Source: Leucoraja ocellata (taxonomy: Eukaryota). Taken from it: a stretch of 64,000 nt of DNA. Below the pieces are notes generated by a model that worked only from the letters and a program-made list of their open reading frames with translations, had not been told where the DNA came from and did no database searches. The stretch covers positions 7,688,001-7,752,000 of the forward strand of contig JAWMAR010000030.1 in the NCBI GenBank assembly GCA_036785375.1, written 5' to 3'. Position 1 is the stretch's first letter. Each line of letters begins with the position of its first letter. This document shows positions 40,571 to 52,820 of this stretch, piece after piece. The translations under genes were made by a program, and so were the position numbers.

Positions 40571-41890
40571 TGGCTAAATAAAATATTGGATAATTTTATA
40601 AGCTCTCTGGATGCTGAGTGCAAGAGAGTGATCCAATAAAAAAAATTGTATATCCTGTTTCACACAATTGTGAAGTGGGTTTGTTAATAAAAACAAAAGT
40701 ACAAGGTATGTGGGAGTTTGTGCAGGCAGAATCAGGAAACGTTAAAAAAGGTCTGAAGAAGGGCCTTGACCCGAAATGTCACCTATTCCTTCTCTCCAGA
40801 GATGCGGCCTGTCCCTCTGAGTTACTGAGTGGAGAGTTGGAAGAAGTGATTGGGTTAAGAAGAATATAGATTTTGGGAGTGGGAGGTGAGAAGTCAGGCT
40901 GGGTTTCATTTTATCTTGCATCTCACAGGAGGATATGTGGTGCCAGGGAAGCATCCACTCTAGTGGTGACACAGAGTATCTGGGCAACCTGCCGACTGAT
41001 GTACCAGGTTTCTGCTTCCATGGAGACACGGTCCAAGACCATTCAAAGTCTTCGTGCCAGATGGGTCCAGCCATCTGTTCTCTGGTAATAGCTAGTTACC
41101 ATTTAATGCTCTCAAGAACCCCTCCACCACCAAGGAGAAGGCAGCTGTTCTGTAATGTTTATTTGTGTAAGCTAGGCTCTGCGGCCTATTTCGACATTTA
41201 TATGAGGGACCACAACAGCTTGACACCCTGGCGGAACTGTTTTCCAAAAACAGCAACTAATGCAGGCTAATTGCTGAATTTAAATCTAGGATATTATGGA
41301 AGATAACACGTTGAGTTAGATCACGTGATTAATCACCTTATTGAACAGTGGAACAGACTCAGAGGAGTTAGATGATCTCCTGCGATGAGAGGGAAGACCA
41401 AGAACTCCAGTTAACTTTTCAACCATCTTGAAATTTTGACCGAGTTGATTGGAGGTTTGGGTACTCAAGGAGTCGAAACAAAAAACCAATTGGGCAGGAA
41501 GGTGTGAGGATCATCCATGATATTGAATAGTGGATCAAGACTAAGGAGACACCTGACCTACCCTGGTTCCATTTCATATAATCTTGTGCTTCAACAAAGA
41601 AACAACACGCCCAACAATAATGTGCTGTGCACTCTGTATTGTCCCGAACCGCCAGCTTAAATGGTGGGCTACATTTTCTGTGCCAGAGCCAGAATTAATG
41701 CCGGACGGAGCCCTCTGTCCTTTAGGACAGAGCAACTTCCATGTCATGGCTGACCCATTACAATGTCAGTGCAACTAGAGGAGTAAACATTTTGAAAAAT
41801 AGCCAGAAGCAAATTTTGATTTTCTTGGAAAAAATTAATATAGCTGTAATTATGTCTTAGTAATGAAGCTGAAAAAAAATAACCATCTCA

Positions 41891-42152
41891 AGAGTGAATC
41901 AAGAATGTTTAATTGTCATATATGCTGAAAATGGAACAACTAAATTTCTTATTTGTAGCAGCATAACAGGTCTGTAAATAGTAATCATTGATACCATAAT
42001 AAACAAAAAAGTTCAATAAATTAATATTAGAGGGAAAAAAGCCCAAGTTTCTTAGTGCATTTCAAGGCATTTCATAGTTTATAGTGTAGTTGGCGTTCGT
42101 AGTGTTCAAGAGCCTGATGATTGTTGGGAAGAAGCTGTTCTTAAACCTGGAG
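41891..42152 (-). mobile_element. Rex1/Babar-like LINE 3' end
   Basis: Reverse complement of 39050-39300 type sequence (gttgggaagaagctgttcttaaacctgg). Confidence 0.7.
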
Positions 42153-42378
42153 ATCTAATCCTAACAATAGCAAAAATGTACACAGTATCAGATTCAACTA
42201 CTTTGCTCCAATCACTAATGTCTTTTTTTCAGTTTTAGTTTTCATTTGACAATGAGATTTTGGGACGATGGTTTAAATCTATTCTTGAGCCCCAAAGTAA
42301 AATAGATTTGGACAGGTACATGGATGGGAAAGGTTTGGAGTGATATGGGCCAAAAGCAGGCAGATGGAACTAACTGTT

Positions 42379-42612
42379 TCAGAGGGAACTGCAGATGCTG
42401 GAGAATCGAAGGTTACACAAAAAAGCTGGAGAAACTCAGCGGGTGCAGCAGCATCTATGGAGCGAAGGAAATAGGCAACGTTTCGGGCCGAAACCCTTCT
42501 TCAGACTGGGGTCCAGTCTGAAGAAGGGTTTCGGCCCGAAACGTTGCCTATTTCCTTCGCTCCATAGATGCTGCTGCACCCGCTGAGTTTCTCCAGCTTT
42601 TTTGTGTAACCC
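42379..42612. mobile_element. Young Penelope-derived fold-back element, perfect 99-bp inverted repeat
   Basis: Arms 42411-42509 and 42513-42611 are exact reverse complements around loop ggt; 14-bp TSD tggaactaactgtt at 42365-42378 and 42613-42626. Confidence 0.9.
42514..42550 (+). ncRNA. Minimal type-I hammerhead ribozyme-like motif (mirror copy on - strand at 42472-42508)
   Basis: CTGAAGA-A-GGGT(TTCG)GCCC-GAAAC-GTT: CUGANGA and GAAA boxes, stem II with UUCG loop, palindromic ACGU stem III; stem I only ~2 bp, activity unproven. Confidence 0.55.
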
Positions 42613-44029
42613 TGGAACTAACTGTTGATGGGGCATCTTGCTCGGCATGGCCAAGTAGGGCCGAAGGGCCTGTTTCCCTGTGGTATGACCAAATTACTAT
42701 TAACAAACAAGATATCATTCGGTTTCTACAAAACTCTTGATTAACTATGCTCATCTATTCATCCCCAGCAACCCTTCAGACCTGTAACCCTGATCACTTC
42801 AAAAACAAAAATATCAAAAACTAAGAAGTAGTATAAAGTTTCTACCAGATCCTGATGGCAAGCATTTGTAAAGCAATCTCTGGCAAACATGAACTGATAT
42901 CGAACATGCTTGTTCCAGACATGCTTTATACACTGGAGCTTCTTCAGTGTGTGAACTCTCACCTAATTTGTCTCAATTCATCTTGGCCTTGCTGGAAGTC
43001 TACAGTATTCCCGAAACAATCAGAATAACGTATGTTTGTTTTAACCTGGTGACAAAGCACACACTTTCCTTTCACAAGATGTGCAAGTTCACATTCCTTG
43101 TGTGAAAAGTACCCCCTGCCACCAGAGATATTTAAGCTTGTAGATCAGCCTAGTTCAAATGCATACTGCCTCCAGTGAAACATGCATTTGCTATGATCAG
43201 CTTAACAAAAATAACTTTTCAACATTGCTGTGACCCTCATTCTGTGGCTTTGTTGCACCACACGAGGCCAAGTGTCCCTAATGTGTTCTCACGTCACATG
43301 AAAAGGAAACGTTTGACAGGCGTCAAAGTATCCAGGCACTCGACCAACGAACGGTGAAAAGAGCCAAAGATCCCGTCGAGATCAATGCAAAGTTATGCTG
43401 AAAGTACAGAGTTAAGGTTTAAAAACAGCTCAAAACTTAAACTGAGTTGGTTCGTATCAAGTGTCATTTCAGTTTCCTTTTATTGACTAAGCTTCAACAG
43501 CTTTTTTTAAAGTTTCCTTTTCAGTCTGTCTTTAATCGATGTGTACAAGTAATAACAACTCAGAATGTTAAAATGAATTTTGCGCTCTCCCCCTCTTCCC
43601 CACTTGAAATAGGCCATGATTGCTTCTGGCCCCTGCCACTATGAAGAAACCATATGTGTTTAGCCAGACAGAGCGATATGCAACAACAGTCACTCATGGA
43701 AGATTACTGGGGAAGGTCTGAAGTCCTGTTCAAAATGCAATTGAAGTGGTTACAGCAAATTATGTTTGCGAGTGGAAGGGCAATCATAATCGCACAAGAT
43801 AAACTGTGGCCTAATGATACATAGCAAGATCCAATGTGAGACCTTTTATAACTTCCTGAACAGTCAGTTTACTGCTTTTTGCAAAAGATTACACTTCTGA
43901 CAAAATAGGACTTCGGTACTGGGAAGAAGTATATTCTTAATTGTGATGACGAATCTCCCTCGATTCATTCAATTGTCCACCATAACTTCACAAGAGAGGC
44001 CACGTGAGCCCAGGCTAAAGGCAATCTAG

Positions 44030-44275
44030 TGTCGGAAGGAACTGCAGATGCTGGTTCACGCTGAAGATAGACACAAATAGCTGGAGTAACTCAATGTCAG
44101 GCAGTATCTCTGGAGAAAAGGAATAGGTGACGTTTCATGTCGGAACCCTCCACCTTTAGTAGTCCCTCACCCCTAACTCTCAGTCTGATGAAGGTTTCGA
44201 CCTGAAATGTCGCCTATTCCTTTTCTCTGGAGATGCTGCCTGACCCGCTGTATTACTCCAGCATTTTGTGTCTAC
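44030..44275. mobile_element. Penelope-derived fold-back element
   Basis: Inverted arms around a CT-rich spacer, with core ctgatgaaggtttcgacctgaaatgtc. Confidence 0.75.
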
Positions 44276-44805
44276 CATAAAGCTCCTTTGGGTTGGATTC
44301 TTGCAAAACAACCAGATTTAAATGGTTTATTTTTAACACAATCACAAAACCACAATTATAGCTTTCTGAACTTAACATTTACACCTAATGTGCTGTTTTT
44401 CAAAGCAGAAAGATTTTCAAAGTACCATTGATATGTAAAATAAGAAACTGATACATGTAGGTAATATAGCTAAAACTATTGCTGCTGGTGAAGAGATATT
44501 GCAGGTGCTGTCAGCTTGCAATCCAAGTTATTTTATAGGATGCAAGGGTGTGTGAAAAAAGCATTACCCTAATTTAAGAGTTACCCATAATGTGCTGAGG
44601 GATATCAATTGTTGAAGGCATCCTCTCAATGGCAGCTCAATGCTTTAAATGTATTTTACTGCTCCCATGAAAGAGAATAAGGCCCAAGGGACAAGGAACT
44701 TGCAAACTGGAGAGCCCTGGATATAGTGGATGAGGCATGGAGGTTCTATGAGAGCTCATGCGTGTCAATGAGATAGAGGTGAGGGAAGTGATGGCAGGGA
44801 CACAG

Positions 44806-45012
44806 GTTAGTTTAGTTTATTATTGTCACGTCTACTGAGGTACAGTGAAATGCTTTTGTTAACGTGCTATCCAGTCCAAGACTATACATGAATGCAATCG
44901 AGTCATCTGGAGCGGACAGATAAAGGGTACAAGATTTAGTGAGAGATAAAGTCCGATTGAAGGGAATTCAAAAGGTTTACAATGAGATAGATGGGAGGTC
45001 CAGACCGTGGCA
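44806..45012 (-). mobile_element. LINE/SINE 3' end with (ttagt)n tail, Rex1-related
   Basis: gttagtttagtttattattgtcacg...gaggtacagtgaaa, shared with 61358. Confidence 0.55.
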
Positions 45013-45098
45013 GAAGCTTGGCAGTAAATACCTCCAGCTGTTGCCATCTGTGAGAACTTGTACTCATTTAAGGAATATATAAGTCGACTGACATCACT

Positions 45099-45530
45099 GG
45101 CATGGTAGCGTAGTGATAGAGTTGCTGCCTTACAGTGCCAGAGACCCGGGTTTGACCCTGACAACAGGTGCTGTCTGCATTGAGTTTGTACGTTCTTCCT
45201 GGGACCGCATGGGTTTTCTCCAGGTGCTCTGGTTTCCTCCCACACTCCAAAGTCACACAGGTTTGTAGATTAATTTTCTTCTGTAAGTTGTAAATTGTGC
45301 CTAATACGTAGAATCTTCTTCTTTCGTGTGCGGGACAACTTGTTCTATTTGATCTTCAGTTTGTGCACGTCGAGTTGATTGCATTAGTCGAAACAGGGCG
45401 GACCACGTGAAGGTTGCAATCTTCCACCCCATACATAGGATGATGCTAGTGTACGAGACGATCGCTGGTCTATGCGGACTGAATGGCCTGTTTAAATGCT
45501 GCATATCTAAAGTTTAAAGTAAAGTCTAAA
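45099..45530 (+). mobile_element. HE1/V-SINE-like tRNA-derived SINE with nested insertion
   Basis: A-box tggtagcgtagtg, B-box gggtttgaccc, V-type body, CR1-like 3' tail; interrupted at 45315-45430. Confidence 0.8.
45315..45430 (-). mobile_element. Short retroelement 3' end with (AAG)n tail, possibly RTE-type
   Basis: Minus-strand end ...cacgaaagaagaaga; degenerate TSD atacgtagaat / atacataggat. Confidence 0.5.
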
Positions 45531-47285
45531 ATAATTTTCTTGTCCTCACAAAGTCTGTCAGAGTAAGCGGCTGAGCACTGAGGAAAAATGTAGCTGATCA
45601 TTTAATTAATTGAATCAAGGATTCTTTACCAGCAGTATTGTAATCAGTGTTGGTGGTCCTGCAAGGGAGGATATGAGTAATTATATGTCTTCTGGGATCT
45701 CTCGGCCAATTACTGGAAACTACGTTGGTGTTAAGAGAATCATTTCATCTGCACTGGGGACTTTGGTTTAGCAGGCTCCTGAGGGAAAAAGTCTCTTTCA
45801 GGGAGTTCATTTTTGCCCCTGCATTCACTGCCTCCCATCTCTGCTCTGCTAGAATAAAACAATGTGGTGTTTTGCTGGGATCACCCATTGTTGTTCTTTT
45901 TCAATCTCCCGTTCTTCAGCCTGGGTCTTCTGTTCCTCAGGCTCTGGTGTCTCCCGGTTGCTCCTCTGTCAGCAGTGGCTGCTGTCTTTGATTGGGTTGG
46001 CAACAAAGAAGTCCTTGCCAGATTGGTAGACTCTGCAGTACAACCCGAGACTTGTGTAAGCAATGGAATCTCATCTTGAGAAGCCCAATGGCATTCTTCG
46101 TAGTAGCAGCAACAGCAACACGGATTTGCCGTATCTGTCCTCAGCTGCTGTAGTTGCAGCCACCAGGATAGAGCTGAACAGCTCTTGCCCCTTGGTATCT
46201 AACCCATTGGTGGGGGAGGGTTACAGATCCTCTGTCTGCCTGAGGCCAACCTCACTGTGGGTGCTTCCCAAAAATACTATGCGAAATAATTTTTCTGCCC
46301 CACTTGCACATCAATCCCGATGTTCAATTATCTAATTTCTGGAACAATAAGCTTCAGCTGTATTAATATTACTTCTGACCATTTTTAGGCTGCACTCTTA
46401 AACAATAAGGCAAACAGATGGATTTAGTAGCTGGTTGGAAAGGCTTTTTAGTTAAAATAAGATCAAGAGCCACCAAAATTATAAATGCCACAAATAGTTA
46501 TAATCAACATTAATCTTCTTTTGGTTTGTCTATTTCTCTTTAATCAACGTATACAGTAGCTGCTGAGACTCAGTAGAAAAGAATAGAGTTTACATATGCT
46601 GTGTTTACACCACTGTCTCTATATTTTAATCCCTTCTCAGACATCCTTTCCCCAACCACTGAGGGCGTGCAGGAATTGAAGGCCTGGCATTTTTGGAGTG
46701 GCATGCTGTACACACATATTGTATGCATGCACATACCTTTACCATTCTTATTAGCCATGGAGGGTCCCTGCTGGATCCTATTGAAGCACTGGCATGCTCA
46801 CATTCAATATAATTCACCTGGCACCCCTCTCTGCTCCTCATGTGGTCTGCACTTTCAAGAGTCACGACAAAAGGGGATTATAAGTTAACGTCATAACAAT
46901 CTTACCAAGTCAAAACTCAACAATCCTACATGCTGAAAACCTATCTTTAAATCTTCCAATGGAGAGTAGTAAAATGATGTGATTCCTCTATCTCCAGAGA
47001 CTGGTGGTCTTTGGAAAATAAACGGGAGCAAAGGAATAACATCGGAATTATGTGGATTTTAGGTATACTGATAATAAACTCAGAAAGGAGTAATTTCAAC
47101 AAAGGAGTGGTGTTACAGTAAATATTATCTTTCATATATCTTGAAATACATCATAACGCAGAGAACAAAAAGTACTCTGCAACTCCATATTAGGCCATCA
47201 ACTGCATTTTGATGCCTACCTTTGGAAATAAAACTGTGTTCCTCACACAGGGTATAAGAAGATTGACGAGACTGGCTTCTATGTG

Positions 47286-48382
47286 TGGAAAAGAACTGCA
47301 GATGCTGGTTTAAGTCAAAGATAGACACAATATTTTGGATAATGAAGTAGATTTTCAAAGTCTACAGAGAGATTTATGCCAGTTGGAAGAGTGGACTGAA
47401 AGATGGCAGATGGAGTTTAATGCTGATAAGTGTGAGGTGCTACATCTTGGCAGGACAAATCAAAATAGGACGTACATGGTAAATGGTAGGGAATTGAAGA
47501 ATGCAGGTGAACAGAGGGATCTGGGAATAACTGTGCACAGTTCCCTGAAAGTGGAATCTCATGTAGATAGGGTGGTAAAGAAAGCTTTTGGTGTGCTGGC
47601 CTTTATAAATCAGAGCATTGAGTATAGAAGTTGGGATGTAATGTTAAAATTGAACAAGGCATTGGTGAGGCCAATTCTGGAGTATGGGGTACAATTTTGG
47701 TCGCCTAATTATAGGAAGGATGTCAACAAAATAGAGAGAGTACAGAGGAGATTTACTAGAATGTTGCCTGGGTTTCAGCAACTAAGTTACAGAGAAAGGT
47801 TGAACAAGTTAGGGCTTTATTCTTTGGAGCGCAGAAGGTTAAGGGGGGACTTGATAGAGGTCTTTAAAATGATGAGAGGGATAGACAGAGTTGACGTGAA
47901 TAAGCTTTTCCCACTGAGAGGAGGGAAGATGCAAACAAGGGGACATGACTTGAGAATTAAGGGACGGAAGTTTAGGGGTAACATGAGGGGGAACTTCTTT
48001 ACTCAGAGAGTGGTGGCTGTGTGGAATGAGCTTCCAGTGATGGTGGTGGAGGCAGGTTCGTTTTTATCATTTAAAAATAAATTGGATAGTTATATGGACG
48101 AGAAAGGAATGGAGGGTTATGGTCTGAGCGCAGGTATATGGGACTAGGGGGGAATACGTGTTCGGCACGGACTAGAAGGGTCGAGATGGCCTGTTTCCGT
48201 GCTGTAATTGTTATATGGTTATATTATATGGTTAAAATGCCAGAGTAACTCAGCTGGACAGGCAGCATCTCTCGAGAGTAGGAATGGGAGACGTCTGAAG
48301 ACGGGTCTGGACCTGAAACGTCACCCATTCCCACTCTCCAGAGATGCTGCCTGAGCTGCTGGGTTACTCCGGCATTTTGTGT
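47286..48382. mobile_element. Penelope-derived fold-back element split by a CR1 insertion
   Basis: Left arm gatagacacaa| resumes at |aaaatgccagagtaactcagc; TSD ctggcttc(t/c)atgtg. Confidence 0.75.
47331..48233 (+). mobile_element. Young 5'-truncated CR1 LINE with uninterrupted 270-codon ORF2 C-terminus
   Basis: ORF 47335..48147 (WQMEFNADKCEVLHLG, RPILEYGVQFWSP, FFTQRVVAVWNELP); (ttatatgg)n tail. Confidence 0.95.
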
Positions 48383-48971
48383 CTGGCTTCCATGTGATCA
48401 GGGCCAAGAGGAAACTGGAGGGAGGAAAAACGTGCCAGCATAAATTGGGAGTGGATTGAAGCTAAAAAAGGAAGAGAATGTATGGTGAAGGGTTGGTGAT
48501 TGGTGAGGCTGAGGGAAGTGATGGGAGAAAAGTTAGCCAGTGTGATTTGGAGAGAAAGATGGCCGACTTTAACTGTCGTGCCTACCTTCAGTTCCCTCCC
48601 ACACAACTTTAACTGGAGGCAGGGCAAGTGCCAAACACTGTGCCATGGAGAAGAAGTAATGAGTAAAAATGAAGCATAGATGAGGGAAAGGGAATGTCAT
48701 TTATGACTAGCAGCAAGAGATAGGAGTGCTCTGAAGTAAATGAGAGGCATATGCGTTTCACCATGACAGCATGAACTATTTACATACTGTCATGGTGAAA
48801 CACATAGATTGATCAAAATTAAATTTCCCCTGCAAGGAATTAATAAACGATTGAAAGCAGCTTTAAACACTATGTTTACATTACAGTTGCAGCATATCTA
48901 CAGCTAATGTTAATAGAATTCTGCTAGCCATGTATTCCTTCTCATGTAACAACAACAGTGTGCACACAGTG

Positions 48972-49103
48972 TGTAGGAAAGAACTGCAGATGCTGGTTTA
49001 AATCAAAGGTAGACACAAAATGCTGGAGTAACTCAATGGGACAGGCAGCATCTCTGGAGAGAAGGAATGGGCGACTTTTCGGGTCGAGGCCCTTCTTCAG
49101 ACA
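48972..49103 (-). mobile_element. Penelope-derived terminal repeat (single arm)
   Basis: gtaggaaagaactgcagatgctgg...gggtcgaggcccttcttcagac. Confidence 0.75.
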
Positions 49104-49199
49104 TTCTTTGTATACAGTGTCTTGTAAAATGTCTGAAAGTGTTTTACGGAAGTGAGACACATAAAAGAGATGCACTTGGAGACCTTGATCACAAGGTTA

Positions 49200-49520
49200 G
49201 GATTTGAGAAGCATCTTAAAGGAGCAAAAAGTGGAGGAAGGATTGGAGAGGTTTAGGCAGAGAATTCCAGAGCTTAAGGCAATGGCAGCTGAAAGCAACT
49301 TTAATAGAATGATTAAATTAAGGAGGATCACCAGACCAGGTGGAGCACAAGTGTGCTGGAGGGTTGTGGGGCTGGAGGAGATTACAGAGGGGAAGGGATT
49401 TATCAATGGTGGAATTTGAAGGCGTTAACGTTAGTGTTAGATGTTTACTGAACGAAGAACAAATGTAGGTCACTCAAGGGCGGCGAGATGGGAGATTGGG
49501 AGTTAAGAAAGGGCACCAAG
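49200..49520 (-). mobile_element. Old L2-like LINE fragment
   Basis: gagaattccagagctt...gcagctgaa motif shared with 3950-4060. Confidence 0.45.
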
Positions 49521-49889
49521 GTTTTTCCAGTCCAGCCTGTTTGTAGCCACTTTGGAATCATTGGTCAACGTGGAAGGAATTTAATGTTGATAAACCAAAT
49601 TTGTTAAATAGTTAACACTGCCATTGTCAATTTAACGACCAGTTGATGTGATCAATAGATAAGCTCCAGAATTCTCCTTAGATGATGCTTCCAAAACCAA
49701 CGCTCATTAGTTAAATATAATTATTCAAAAACTTTGGATGTGGCAAAATATTCATTTTATTGCTAGTATAAAATATAAAATATAATTAAAGATCTCCTTA
49801 TTTTTATTCAAATACGAATTCTTCATGATATGTTCATTGTTCATCTTTTATTGTCACTCAGAAGGCAACCACTAAAATGATGGTATATT

Positions 49890-50198
49890 GGGTGGCATGG
49901 TGGCTTAATGATAGAGTTACTGCCTTACAGCAACAGAGACCCGGGTTCGATACCTACTCGGGGGTGCTTGTCTGTACAGAGTTTGTACGTTCTCCCCGTG
50001 ACCTGCATGGGTTTTCTCCAAGATCTTCGGTTTCCTCCCACATTCCACAGATGTACAGGTTTGTAGGTTAATTGGCTTGGTGAAAAATGCAAAATTGTCC
50101 CTCGTGTGTTATAGGGTATTTTGCATTTTTCACCAAGTACTTGGTTGACGCGGACTTGGTGGGCTGAAGGGCCTGTTTCTCTAATCTAAAACTAAATA
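49890..50198 (+). mobile_element. HE1/V-SINE-like SINE
   Basis: Same body as 45099; ends gggctgaagggcctgtttc...ctaaaactaaa. Confidence 0.8.
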
Positions 50199-50622
50199 TT
50201 CCTAAGGATATGATCAGAAAATTGTGCAACAATTTAACCTTTTCAAACCATAAAAGGATTCTTAATATTGGATTTCAGTTCCAAATAAAACATGCTGGAT
50301 AAGAAATTATTTTAATACTGAATGATCAGATGATTTATGGAAGACACAGTAAGATTGAAATCCTATAGTGCGGTTCACAGGACCACATTCCGGGGTTTCA
50401 CTGTGCGGTGCTTTGCTGCATCACTCTCAGTGAGGTATTCTCAGCTTACCCACAGTAAATTCCCACAGAAGACAACACCAGGGCTTGCAGGTATGACCTA
50501 TGAAGCCAGCCCATAATAGGGCTGAATACAATGCAAGCAACACTCCTCCAGAGACTGTTGAATGATTAGAAGCTGAAGTAATGAGAGGGGGCGAGACAGT
50601 GCTCCAGGGAGCATAGGGATCT

Positions 50623-50949
50623 GGTAGACACAAAATGCTGGAGTAACTCAGTGGGACAGGCAGCATTTCTGGAGAGAAGGAATGGGTGACGTTTCGGGTT
50701 GCGACTCTTCTTCAGACTGATGTCAGGGAAGTGGGCGGGTCAGAGATATGGAATGTAGTCGGAGACAGTGAACATTGACTTCTCTAACTTCAAATAGCTC
50801 TTGCTTTCCCTCTCTCTCCATCCCCTTCACCTTCCCAGTTCTCCCACCAGTCTTACTGTCTCTCCATAGATACTGCCTGTCCTGCTGAGTTATTCCGGCA
50901 TTTTGTGTCTACCTTTGATTTAAACCAGCATCTGCAGTTCTTTCCTACA
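50623..50949. mobile_element. Penelope-derived fold-back element retaining the ORF end
   Basis: 11-bp TSD catagggatct at 50612-50622 and 50950-50960; 50771-50797 encodes NIDFSNFK* (PLE C-terminus). Confidence 0.8.
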
Positions 50950-51787
50950 CATAGGGATCTAGTGCCACTGTCAACAATTAGTGCCCACTGGAGGCCTGTC
51001 CTTTGTGCAGGAGGATTGGAGCCTCCAGCAAGATCCTCCTGGTAGGAAGGTATCGGGGAGATCTATGTCACAACCATGAACATGGACTCTGAATGCCTGC
51101 ACTGCGAAGATCTGGAAATGTGGAGATCTCAGCTTAGGTTGTATTGGAAATCGGTGGAAGCTACAGGTCTCAGTAAGACAAGAATGCAGTTGAAATGAAG
51201 GCGCTCTAAACTGCACAGTTTCAGAGGAATGGGGCGAGTATAACCCTTTTTTCCTTCAGACCAGCGTAGTTGATAATGTCATCACAGATGAATAGTGCAT
51301 TACCATTGACCTCGTTTGGTGGGGCTTGTTTATACTAGAGAGAGGGGTCCGAAAGCAATAAAAGATGATATCAGAAATTCAGTTAAGTTTCTCAATCGAC
51401 GCTAATATATCCAGAAATGTACGTGAAAATGTTTTACTCCATTTCTCAACTGTACAGAACTGTGTATTTTGAATTGAGTTCATTCACAAGGAGCCTTCAA
51501 GCATTTCTCCAGTGAATACCTTGGTTAGGACTAGATCTGATGCTGATCTGTGCTACATTGACAAATCTCCATCTGAGTTGGTCGTGTCAGCATTGGACTA
51601 GAGAATGAAATTTAACATGATTTCTTGCATTTGAGCTGTGGTGATATTTGCACGTCTTCAGATTTGCTTATACTGACGTAGAGGCTCAGGCCACTGCTAA
51701 ATTATGGATGAGGGTCACACAAAAATGGTCACATGGGAATGCTGCTTCTGAAATTGTATCCTAACAAGTAGACAACTTTAGGATGAA

Positions 51788-51873
51788 GAAGGCTCTCGAC
51801 ACGAAACGTCACCCATTCCTTCTCTCCAATGCTGCCTGTCCCGCTGAGTTACTCCAACATTTTGTGTCCATCT
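51788..51873 (+). mobile_element. Short Penelope-derived repeat
   Basis: gaaggctctcgacacgaaacgtcacc...; TSD aactt(t/c)aggatgaa. Confidence 0.7.
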
Positions 51874-51944
51874 AACTTCAGGATGAAAGGGAAGGAAGAT
51901 GATTGAATGACATAAAGTAAAGCTGTCAGCTAAGGGTCAGTCGA

Positions 51945-52330
51945 GAACATTCTTGCCTGAAGGTCAGAGGATTAAGAGCCCAAATCTCATTCTAGATATT
52001 AGGGCACAGAATTCTAGTCTAAATTCCAGTCCACTACAGTGGAATACTGCACTCAGGGTCCACATTTCAGATGACACAATAAACTTCAGAGAATTCACAA
52101 AAAGTCCTGTGACATTATTTCAAAGGAACTCTGGTGAGTTCCCCTGAGTGCACTGGCCAATATTTATACCTCAGTCACCATCACTAAAACTATATGAGCA
52201 TTATCACATTGTTGCCATGTTTCCCACATTACAACTAAATCCACTTCAAAAGGATTTCACAGCCTGTTAAGAACCTGGGGTTGGCTTATGGTTAATAAAG
52301 TCACCATTTATAAGCATGCCTTTTTGCTTT
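51945..52330 (+). mobile_element. SacSINE/DeuSINE-like SINE
   Basis: cttgcctgaaggtcagagg...ctggccaatatttatacctca...catcactaaaac...cattatcacattg. Confidence 0.65.
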
Positions 52331-52454
52331 ACTGTTCAAGCTTTCCCTTTCTAAACTTTTGACAGTTTCCTCAACATGAGGTCCTTGGGAAACAGAAAAA
52401 ATAGGAATAGGCCAGTCAGTCTTAAATATGTTTCACCATTCAATTCAATTGAAC

Positions 52455-52820
52455 TGCGAGCTCCCAATGTTGTCAGCCACTGGGCCCGCGGCCGAAGCCT
52501 CCGAGGGCCCGAAGTCGGGCCGCCACCGCAGCGTCGCCACAGCCCCGAATTCGGCCATTTTGTGATGGTGAGTCCTGGCTCTGTCTCCGGAGCCTCGAGG
52601 TCGGCGCCAGTTGGAGGCTGCCAACTCCGCGATTAAGCCTCAGCGCAGACGGAGATGGAGACAGAGATACAACAAAGAAACGGTCGCATCCCCCCCAAAG
52701 GAAGAGACTAAAACAAGTTTACCCCGCCCCCCCCACACATACACAACTAAAAATAAACTAAAACATACGTCCAACAAGACATAAGAAAAAATAAAGAAGG
52801 ACAAAGACAGCGCCGCCACT
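52455..52820. repeat. Unclassified GC/CpG-rich interspersed element within a CR1 remnant
   Basis: Abrupt CpG-rich block followed by an A-rich tract and gcgccgccactt end. Confidence 0.45.

Larger units (their letters stand above)
42303..42690 (+). mobile_element. CR1 3' end hosting a Penelope-derived palindrome
   Basis: ttggacaggtacatggat...ggaactaactgtt | gatggggcatc...gggccgaagggcctgttt. Confidence 0.75.

Noticed and set aside
42411-42611. CRISPR-like array or terminator interpretation of the repeated hairpin units
   Set aside because: Eukaryotic dispersed repeats with TSDs; no repeat-spacer periodicity and no cas genes.
45850-45960. Minus-strand acidic peptide-like frame RETPEPEEQKTQAEEREIEKEQQW
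   Set aside because: Bounded by stops, lacks a good splice acceptor, no recognisable homology; probably a TE relic or chance.
47335-48147. Longest ORF (270 aa) as a host gene
   Set aside because: It is a CR1 ORF2 C-terminus with a LINE tail, 5'-truncated.
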